Shown here: positions 28,301 through 35,276 of the stretch, piece after piece
Numbering within the stretch: the first letter of the stretch is position 1
How the letters are laid out: every line of letters starts with the position of its first letter
Source of the DNA: an uncultured bacterium
Lineage (GTDB): Bacteria; Fidelibacterota; Marinisomatia; Marinisomatales; UBA1611
Length of the DNA: 35,276 nt
Assembly (NCBI GenBank): GCA_964343085.1
Contig: CAYFIF010000003.1
Coordinates: 1 to 35,276 of the forward strand
Reading direction: 5' to 3'
Notes under the pieces: generated by a model
Database searches by the model: none
The model's input: the letters and a program-made list of their open reading frames with translations, nothing else
Told to the model about the DNA's origin: nothing
Translations under genes and position numbers: made by a program

Positions 28301-29923
28301 ATGCGAATCGAAGCAAATTCAATAGGTCTTGATTTATTAGGATTGGATAAAAACCTGGAAGTACATAGAAATCTTTCAGTTAAAGATCTCGTCCAAGATA
28401 TAATAAATAATAAGGAAGGTGTTAAGGGCCCTAATGGATCATCTATGGTTGATACAGGTGTATATACAGGAAGATCACCAAAAGATAAATATATTGTTTC
28501 GGAAAAAAGTTCTGAAAAAAGGATATGGTGGGGTGAGGTAAATAGAAAAATTTCAGAAAAACACTTTGAAATCCTTTATAAAATGGTAATTGATTTTTAT
28601 AATAACTCAAAAGATAAAAAAACATATCTTTTCGATGGATTTGCTGGTGCAGATGAGGAATATTCAATTTCAGTTAGGATTTTAGCAAAAAAAGCTTGGC
28701 AAGCGCATTTCGCTCATAACATGTTTATTAGGACTGATACCAGTAAAATTAATAGCAAAATCAAACCAGACTTTACAATTATCAATGCCTCTGATGTTTC
28801 TAATCCTTATTTTAAAGAATTTAATATGAACTCAAAGACATTTATTATTTTTCATTTAGGTAAAAAGATTGCCATTATTGGTGGGACTGAATATGGCGGT
28901 GAAATGAAAAAAGGTATTTTTTCTGTATTACATTATATTTTACCTCAAAAAGGAATTTTATCAATGCACTGTGCAGCGAATGTTTATGAAGACGGAAGTA
29001 ATCCTGCTATTTTTTTTGGTTTGTCTGGTACCGGAAAAACCACTTTGAGTACTGACTCCTTACGACCCCTGATCGGAGATGATGAACATGGTTGGTCTGA
29101 AAAGGGTATTTTTAATTTTGAGGGGGGGTGCTATGCTAAAGTAATTAATCTAGATCCTAAAAAAGAGCCAGATATTTATAATGCAATAAGAGATGGAGCC
29201 TTACTTGAGAATGTCGTATATGATAAGCATACAAAAGAAATTGATTTTAGTGATAGTTCAAAAACAGAGAATACTCGAGTCTCTTATCCTGTAAGTCATA
29301 TCAAGAATTCTCTTTCATATAAGGGTCTGCCTAGTTTGTCAGGTCATCCTGAAAAAATCATTTTTTTAACTTGTGATGCGTATGGTATTCTACCTCCTGT
29401 TTCAAAGCTATCAATTGAACAGGCAATGTACCATTTTATTAGTGGCTATACCGCAAAAATAGCCGGAACTGAGAGAGGTATAACGGAACCGGTTGCAACT
29501 TTTTCACCATGTTTTGGAGGACCATTTCTTACTTTGCATCCATTAGAATATGCGAGATTGTTGGAAAATAAAATTCTACAATATAAGGTACCAGTTTATA
29601 TGGTAAATACAGGTTGGATTGGTGCAAATGCAAGTTCGGGTGCTAAAAGGATTGACCTGGATATTACTAGAGCGATTATTAACAAGGTTCTAGGGGGAGA
29701 GATTGAAAAATCAGAGTTTGAAATAGATCCATATTTTCATTTTAAAATACCGGTGAATCTTTCTGAAATTGATTCTTGCTTACTAAAGCCTGAATTGGCT
29801 TGGGAGAATAAAAATAAATATCATGAAACAGCAATTAATTTGGTTGCTAAGTTTCAAAAAAATTATGAGTTATATGATTTAGGGGATAAAAAGTTATTAC
29901 AGGCAGGACCTTCTTTACCCTAA
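28301..29923 (+). CDS. pckA: Phosphoenolpyruvate carboxykinase (ATP)
   Basis: TGRSPKDK, YGGEMKKGIF, GLSGTGKTT, LIGDDEHGW and FEGGCYAK motifs. Confidence 0.97.
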   Translation: MRIEANSIGLDLLGLDKNLEVHRNLSVKDLVQDIINNKEGVKGPNGSSMVDTGVYTGRSPKDKYIVSEKSSEKRIWWGEVNRKISEKHFEILYKMVIDFYNNSKDKKTYLFDGFAGADEEYSISVRILAKKAWQAHFAHNMFIRTDTSKINSKIKPDFTIINASDVSNPYFKEFNMNSKTFIIFHLGKKIAIIGGTEYGGEMKKGIFSVLHYILPQKGILSMHCAANVYEDGSNPAIFFGLSGTGKTTLSTDSLRPLIGDDEHGWSEKGIFNFEGGCYAKVINLDPKKEPDIYNAIRDGALLENVVYDKHTKEIDFSDSSKTENTRVSYPVSHIKNSLSYKGLPSLSGHPEKIIFLTCDAYGILPPVSKLSIEQAMYHFISGYTAKIAGTERGITEPVATFSPCFGGPFLTLHPLEYARLLENKILQYKVPVYMVNTGWIGANASSGAKRIDLDITRAIINKVLGGEIEKSEFEIDPYFHFKIPVNLSEIDSCLLKPELAWENKNKYHETAINLVAKFQKNYELYDLGDKKLLQAGPSLP

Positions 29924-29985
29924 ACGTTAAATAATTTAGATTTATTTTAAATTTTAATCTTATTACCTTTATTATTATATTTAAC

Positions 29986-30039
29986 TAGTCGTGATTTGAA
30001 CCCTATTGCAACGACGTTAAAAGGAAACGCTAAAAAGGT
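29986..30039 (+). ncRNA. SAM-II (SAM-alpha-type) riboswitch aptamer
   Basis: GTCGT-GATTTGAACCCTATTGCA-ACGAC-GTTAAAAGGAAAC-GCTAAAAAGG. P1 is GTCGT/ACGAC, with the conserved UGAUUU, UUGC and GCUAAA elements of the SAM-II pseudoknot. It lies directly upstream of metH-MTHFR-metK. Confidence 0.88.
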
Positions 30040-30045
30040 ATTGCT

Positions 30046-30072
30046 CCCCAGCTAGTGTTGGGGTTTTTTTTT
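30046..30072 (+). terminator. Intrinsic terminator, riboswitch expression platform
   Basis: CCCCAGC-TAGT-GTTGGGG followed by T9, ending immediately before the metH ATG at 30073. Confidence 0.8.
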
Positions 30073-33000
30073 ATGAGTGACTTAAAAAAAATACTAAAGG
30101 AAAAAATATTAATAATGGATGGAGCCATGGGTACCATGATCCAGTCTTATGAGTTAACAGAATCAGACTTTAGAGGCAAAAGATTTGAAGGCCATTCTAA
30201 AGATCAATTTGGTAACAATGATATTTTAAATTTGACGAAACCTGAAATTATTCACAAAATACATCAATTATATATTGAAGCAGGTGCAGATATAATTGAA
30301 ACAAATACGTTTAGTTCAAATTCTATTTCTCAGGCTGATTATAAAATGGAAGACCAAGTTTATGATATTAATTTTGCAGCTGCAGAAATTGCTAAATCAG
30401 CTGCAGTCCAGTATGGTGATTTGAATACATTTGTTGCTGGTGCATTAGGTCCAACAAATAGGACAGCCTCACTTAGTCCTGATATTAATAAACCAAGCTA
30501 TAGGAATATATCTTTTGATGATTTAAAAGATGCTTACTATGAGCAGGCCGTTGGTTTAATTGATGGTGGGATAGATATATTTTTAATTGAAACTGTTTTT
30601 GATACCCTAAATTGTAAAGCCGCTATATTCGCAGTTCGTGAATTAAATGAAAAAAGAAAAATTGACATACCTATAATAGTATCTGGAACAATAACTGATG
30701 CCAGTGGCCGAACACTTTCAGGGCAAACAGTAGAAGCCTTTTGGTATTCCATAAGACATGCAGACTCATTAGCAGTTGGATTAAATTGTGCGCTTGGAGC
30801 GAAAGAGATAAGACCTTGGCTTGCTGAATTATCTGCTGTTGCGGATACTTTTATTTCTGTTTATCCAAATGCCGGGTTGCCTAATGAATATGGTGAATAC
30901 GATCAAACTCCGGATGAAATCTCTAAGCTAATCGAAGGATTTGCAAAAGATGGATTGGTTAATATAGTTGGTGGTTGCTGTGGTACAACCCCTGAACATA
31001 TTAGAAAAATTTATAGCAGGGTAAAAAATATTAAGCCTAGAATAGTACCAAAAGTTGAGCCTCTAACCAGACTTAGTGGACTTGAATCAGTTGTATTAAG
31101 GCCAGAGAACAATTTTGTAAATATTGGAGAACGTACAAACATAACCGGTTCAATAAAATTTAAAAGATTTATTAAAGAAAAAAAATATGAGCAGGCATTA
31201 TCCATAGCAAGAGAACAAGTAATTAATGGTGCTCAGATTATAGATGTAAATATGGATGAGGGAATGCTTGATTCAGAAAATGAGATGATTGAGTTTCTAA
31301 GAGCAATAGCCTCAGAACCAGATATCTCAAAAGTTCCCATAATGATAGATTCTTCCAAATGGAGTGTAATTGAGTCTGGTTTAAAAAATATCCAGGGCAA
31401 GGGGATAGTTAATTCTATCTCCTTGAAAGAAGGACCAGGAAAATTTATTGAACATGCTAAAATCATTCAAAAATATGGAGCTGCCGTTATTGTAATGGCT
31501 TTTGATGAAAATGGTCAAGCAGATACTTACGAAAGTAAAGTTTCTATATGTTCAAGAGCATTTAGAATTTTAACTGAGGAAGGGAATTTCGATCCAGAGG
31601 ATATCATTTTCGATCCAAATATTTTTGCTGTTGCGACAGGGATTGAAGATCATCGTGAATATGCGAATGATTTTATTAAAGCAGCTAAAGTCTTAAAAGA
31701 AAAGTTTCCATTAACTCACATTTCAGGTGGTGTAAGCAATCTATCTTTTTCATTTAGAGGGAATGATATTGTTCGTGAATCTATGCATTCAATTTTTTTA
31801 TACCATGCAATCAAATCTGGAATGGATATGGGAATAGTTAATGCTGGCCAATTAGCTGTTTATGATGATATTGATTTAGATTTAAAAAGGGCTATTGAGG
31901 ATGTAATTTTTAATCTTCGAGATGACTCTACTGATGTTTTAGTTGATATTGCTCAGAAATATCAAGGGACTAAACAAGTTAAGGTTAATGATAAAAAATG
32001 GAGAAATCTTGAACTTAATGATAGAATAGAATATAGTCTTGTTGAGGGAATTCTTGAATATATTGTCGATGATACTATGGAGGCTTTAAAATATTTTAAT
32101 GATCCAATAAATATCATTGAGGGCCCTCTTATGGATGGAATGAACAAAGTTGGAGATTTGTTTTCTCAGGGAAAAATGTTTTTACCTCAGGTGGTAAAAT
32201 CTGCAAGAGTAATGAAAAAAGCGGTGGCTTATTTAGTCCCTATCATTGAGAAAGGTGAAAATAAAAAAGGCAAATCTCAAAATTCTAGTCAAAAGATTAT
32301 TCTTGCAACTGTTAAGGGTGATGTGCATGATATTGGAAAAAATATTGTAGGAGTCGTCTTGGGATGCAATGGATACGAAATTATTGATTTAGGTATTATG
32401 GTTCCTTTGAATAAAATAATTGATACTGCTGTAAATGAAAATGCTGGAATAATTGGTTTATCTGGGCTTATAACCCCATCTTTAGATGAAATGGTTAAGG
32501 TGGCGACTGAAATGGAAAGGCTAGATCTAAAAATTCCATTGTTAATTGGTGGTGCAACTACTAGTAAAATTCATACTGCTGTTATGATTGATACTAAATA
32601 TAGTGGCCCGATAATTCATGTTAATGATGCATCTAAGGCTGTTAGTGTTGCAAGTAAGCTATTAAATTCAAATTCAAGTCAAAAATTTTCGCAAGATGTA
32701 AAAAATGAATTTGAAAAAATTAGAAATAACAGGTCTAGAAGATCCAAAAGAAAAATTCTAAGTATTGATGAGGCTAGAAATCGAAAGTATAAAATAGATT
32801 GGAAAGATTACAATACGAGAACTCCGAATATTAAACAAATAAAAGTATTTAAAGACTATAATTTAGATGAATTGATTAATTATATTGATTGGACTCCGTT
32901 TTTTCATGCCTGGGAACTAAAAGGGAAATACCCTGATATATTTTCAAATAAAAAATATGGATCACAAGCCAAAGTTTTATTTTCTGATTGTCAAAAAATT

Positions 33001-33609
33001 CTAAAGGAAATTATTGCTAAGAAAAAAATTTCAGCTAAGGGAGTAATTGGCTTTTTCCCAGCCTATGCAAAAAATGAAATTGTTTTTGTGGAAGATACCG
33101 AGCTACATTTCCCCAGACAGTTAATTGATAAAGGAAGAAAGGAATACAATTATTGTTTAGCTGATTATATTGCGCCCAAAGATGACTATATTGGTATGTT
33201 TGCTGTTACTTCTGGCCTAGGTTTAGAATCTTACATTCAAGAGTATAATGATAATGATGACGATTATAATAGCATTATGGCAAAAATCATTGCTGATCGC
33301 TTAGTTGAAGCTTTTTCAGAGAAATTGCATGAACTAGTTCGGAAAGAATTTTGGGGTTATAGTGCTAATGAGAATTATGATATTTATGAGTTAATAAATG
33401 AAAAATATATTGGTATCCGTCCAGCTCCTGGTTATCCTGCTTGCCCTGATCATACATATAAAGATATAATTTGGAAACTTCTTGATGTTGAGAAAAATAC
33501 TGGTATTAAACTTACCGAAACAAAATCTATGTATCCGGGTGCATCAGTTTGTGGATTCTATTTTTCTCATCCAAATTCAAAATACTTTAGTACAATAGCA
33601 AATGAATAA
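30073..33609 (+). CDS. metH: Cobalamin-dependent methionine synthase
   Basis: [23 protein letters not shown]12-binding DVHDIGKN...[18 protein letters not shown] at 30073 preferred; the ORF-track GTG at 30055 lies inside the terminator hairpin. Confidence 0.98.
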   Translation: MSDLKKILKEKILIMDGAMGTMIQSYELTESDFRGKRFEGHSKDQFGNNDILNLTKPEIIHKIHQLYIEAGADIIETNTFSSNSISQADYKMEDQVYDINFAAAEIAKSAAVQYGDLNTFVAGALGPTNRTASLSPDINKPSYRNISFDDLKDAYYEQAVGLIDGGIDIFLIETVFDTLNCKAAIFAVRELNEKRKIDIPIIVSGTITDASGRTLSGQTVEAFWYSIRHADSLAVGLNCALGAKEIRPWLAELSAVADTFISVYPNAGLPNEYGEYDQTPDEISKLIEGFAKDGLVNIVGGCCGTTPEHIRKIYSRVKNIKPRIVPKVEPLTRLSGLESVVLRPENNFVNIGERTNITGSIKFKRFIKEKKYEQALSIAREQVINGAQIIDVNMDEGMLDSENEMIEFLRAIASEPDISKVPIMIDSSKWSVIESGLKNIQGKGIVNSISLKEGPGKFIEHAKIIQKYGAAVIVMAFDENGQADTYESKVSICSRAFRILTEEGNFDPEDIIFDPNIFAVATGIEDHREYANDFIKAAKVLKEKFPLTHISGGVSNLSFSFRGNDIVRESMHSIFLYHAIKSGMDMGIVNAGQLAVYDDIDLDLKRAIEDVIFNLRDDSTDVLVDIAQKYQGTKQVKVNDKKWRNLELNDRIEYSLVEGILEYIVDDTMEALKYFNDPINIIEGPLMDGMNKVGDLFSQGKMFLPQVVKSARVMKKAVAYLVPIIEKGENKKGKSQNSSQKIILATVKGDVHDIGKNIVGVVLGCNGYEIIDLGIMVPLNKIIDTAVNENAGIIGLSGLITPSLDEMVKVATEMERLDLKIPLLIGGATTSKIHTAVMIDTKYSGPIIHVNDASKAVSVASKLLNSNSSQKFSQDVKNEFEKIRNNRSRRSKRKILSIDEARNRKYKIDWKDYNTRTPNIKQIKVFKDYNLDELINYIDWTPFFHAWELKGKYPDIFSNKKYGSQAKVLFSDCQKILKEIIAKKKISAKGVIGFFPAYAKNEIVFVEDTELHFPRQLIDKGRKEYNYCLADYIAPKDDYIGMFAVTSGLGLESYIQEYNDNDDDYNSIMAKIIADRLVEAFSEKLHELVRKEFWGYSANENYDIYELINEKYIGIRPAPGYPACPDHTYKDIIWKLLDVEKNTGIKLTETKSMYPGASVCGFYFSHPNSKYFSTIANE

Positions 33610-34557
33610 ATGAGAATAAAGGATAAAATAAAAAGACCTCGAAGACCAGTAGTAGTCTATGAGATATTACCACCTAGGGAGGTAGATGTTAGCTTAGACT
33701 CCTATGCAGGAACTATTAGTTCACTTTTATCACAAACCCATATTGATGCTATAAATATACCTGAAGTTCGAGATGAACTATCAAGAGGGAAGCGTCCAGT
33801 GAAAAATTATAAAAGAGCTGAACCAAGGGAATTTGGAAAGCTATTGCAAGATATTGTAGGTGTAGAGGCTATAGTTAATCGTGTTGTGGTACATGAAATA
33901 CTAGAGAAGCAGTTAAATTGGATAGCTGAGACATATGAAAGGTTTGAGATTAATAATCTAATTATAGTTGGAGGGGAATCAAGTAAGCTAAATTATCCTG
34001 GTCCTCCAGTCAGCCAAGCCTTAGATGAAATAAATAAACTCTTTAGATCTGAAGAAAATAGTATTTTTTGTGGGGGAATATCTATCCCCAGTAGATCAAA
34101 AGAATCAATAAATCTAAAAAAGAAATCTGATAATGGTGCTGAATTTTTTACTACCCAAGTATTATATGATTCATCAAAGATAACAAAAATGATAGGTCAT
34201 TATCAAAAAATATGTAATAAAGCGAAAACGCATCCGAAAAGATTACTAATTAGTTTTGCTCCTGTTTCATCGTCGAAAGACATAGAATTTCTTAAATGGT
34301 TAGGGGTTGAAATTCCTCAAACCACAGAGGATTATTTAAATGCTAGACCAGGAACAATGACAAATAGATCTTTAGATGTATCAATAGAAGTATTAAACAA
34401 TATTTTAGATTTTATAATTAAAAATAAAATAAATGTACCGATTGGACTAAATGTTGAACATATTATGAGTTATAACTTTCAGTCTTCAATTGAAATGTTG
34501 CAAGAATTGGCTAGGATTTATAGGGAATTTTGTATTAAAGCTGATTTTTATACTTAG
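33610..34557 (+). CDS. Non-canonical methylenetetrahydrofolate reductase (MTHFR fold, resembles the mycobacterial type)
   Basis: YEILPP, INIPEV, GISIPSR, GAEFFTTQVLYD and PIGLNVE segments; abuts the metH stop codon. Confidence 0.78.
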   Translation: MRIKDKIKRPRRPVVVYEILPPREVDVSLDSYAGTISSLLSQTHIDAINIPEVRDELSRGKRPVKNYKRAEPREFGKLLQDIVGVEAIVNRVVVHEILEKQLNWIAETYERFEINNLIIVGGESSKLNYPGPPVSQALDEINKLFRSEENSIFCGGISIPSRSKESINLKKKSDNGAEFFTTQVLYDSSKITKMIGHYQKICNKAKTHPKRLLISFAPVSSSKDIEFLKWLGVEIPQTTEDYLNARPGTMTNRSLDVSIEVLNNILDFIIKNKINVPIGLNVEHIMSYNFQSSIEMLQELARIYREFCIKADFYT

Positions 34558-34630
34558 AATAATAATTATTATTTATTACTATTGGCGCTAATATTTAACC
34601 TTAAAAAAACTTTTAATAAAGAGAGAAAAA

Positions 34631-35276
34631 ATGGCTAAATACATTTTTACTTCTGAATCCGTAACAGAAGGTCATCCTGATAAAGCATGTGATGCTGTTT
34701 CTGATGCTGTGCTTGATAAATATCTTGAGCAAGATACTGATTCTCGGGTAGCATGCGAAACTCTTGCTACAACTGGACTGGTAGTTGTATCTGGAGAGGT
34801 TACATCTAAGGGTAATATTGATATTGAATCAATAGTAAGGGAAACCTTTGATAGTATCGGATACAATGATGAAAATAGTGGTGTTGGTGTTAGCCAACTA
34901 GAAATTATTTCTAGATTAGATAGTCAAAGCCCTGAAATTGCCCAAGGTGTTGACTCTTTAGATGCTTCAGAACAGGGTGCCGGAGATCAAGGTTTAATGT
35001 TTGGTTATGCTTGTAAAGAGACAAAAGAATTAATGCCTTTACCTATACATATATCCCACCAATTAACTGAAAGGTTATCTTTAGTTAGAAAAGATGGTTC
35101 TCTTCCATGGTTAAGGCCGGATGGAAAATCCCAAGTATCTGTGGAATATGATGGACAGCAAGCTACTGCAATCGATAAAGTAGTTATTGCAACTCAGCAT
35201 GATGATATGCTTTCCAATTATGGTACTGAAATCCAAGAGCTCGATTTTATAAAATCGGAAGTAATTGATAAAGTTA
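34631..35276 (+). CDS. metK: S-adenosylmethionine synthetase, N-terminal part; runs off the window end
   Basis: Manual translation: MAKYIFTSESVTEGHPDKACD...SRVACET...QSPEIAQGVD...GAGDQGLMFGYA...LRPDGKSQV. Confidence 0.97.
   Translation, partial: MAKYIFTSESVTEGHPDKACDAVSDAVLDKYLEQDTDSRVACETLATTGLVVVSGEVTSKGNIDIESIVRETFDSIGYNDENSGVGVSQLEIISRLDSQSPEIAQGVDSLDASEQGAGDQGLMFGYACKETKELMPLPIHISHQLTERLSLVRKDGSLPWLRPDGKSQVSVEYDGQQATAIDKVVIATQHDDMLSNYGTEIQELDFIKSEVIDKV

Noticed and set aside
34584-34602. GGCGCTAATATTTAACC resembling the 5' half of a second SAM-II aptamer before metK
   Set aside because: No UUGC element, no P1 partner strand and no GCUAAA 3' segment.

Overview
AT-rich (roughly 30% GC by eye) bacterial chromosomal segment. 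Gene content and style (YPNPFNP C-terminal sorting domain, dockerin, ileS-dksA-lspA order, few Shine-Dalgarno sites) suggest a marine FCB-group organism such as Marinimicrobia/SAR406; this is inference. In order: a 5'-part class II ribonucleotide reductase (nrdJ, minus strand, missed by the ORF track); an accessory block (MORN-repeat protein, phage-like GT-B glycosyltransferase, iorAB-type molybdo-hydroxylase, Ig/FN3 lipoprotein, GNAT); pyrF-pyrE-cyclophilin-patatin-dsbD-tlpA-M1 peptidase; a 1.2k-aa modular secreted protein; degP; ileS-dksA-lspA-rluD-xerC-pckA; and a SAM-II riboswitch followed by metH, a non-canonical MTHFR and metK (partial, missed by the ORF track). No rRNA, tRNA, CRISPR array or IS element was seen. 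Most notable: (1) an M1 aminopeptidase apparently fused to an Omp85-like beta-barrel; (2) a secreted protein built from three split FN3 domains, each carrying an inserted module, plus a dockerin, a cohesin-like domain and a CTD; (3) a SAM-II aptamer coupled to an intrinsic terminator, with a plausible antiterminator; (4) a phage-type glycosyltransferase with a putative C-terminal winged helix in a non-phage context; (5) IleRS with a swapped GVHH signature motif. All family assignments come from motif recognition, not database searches.
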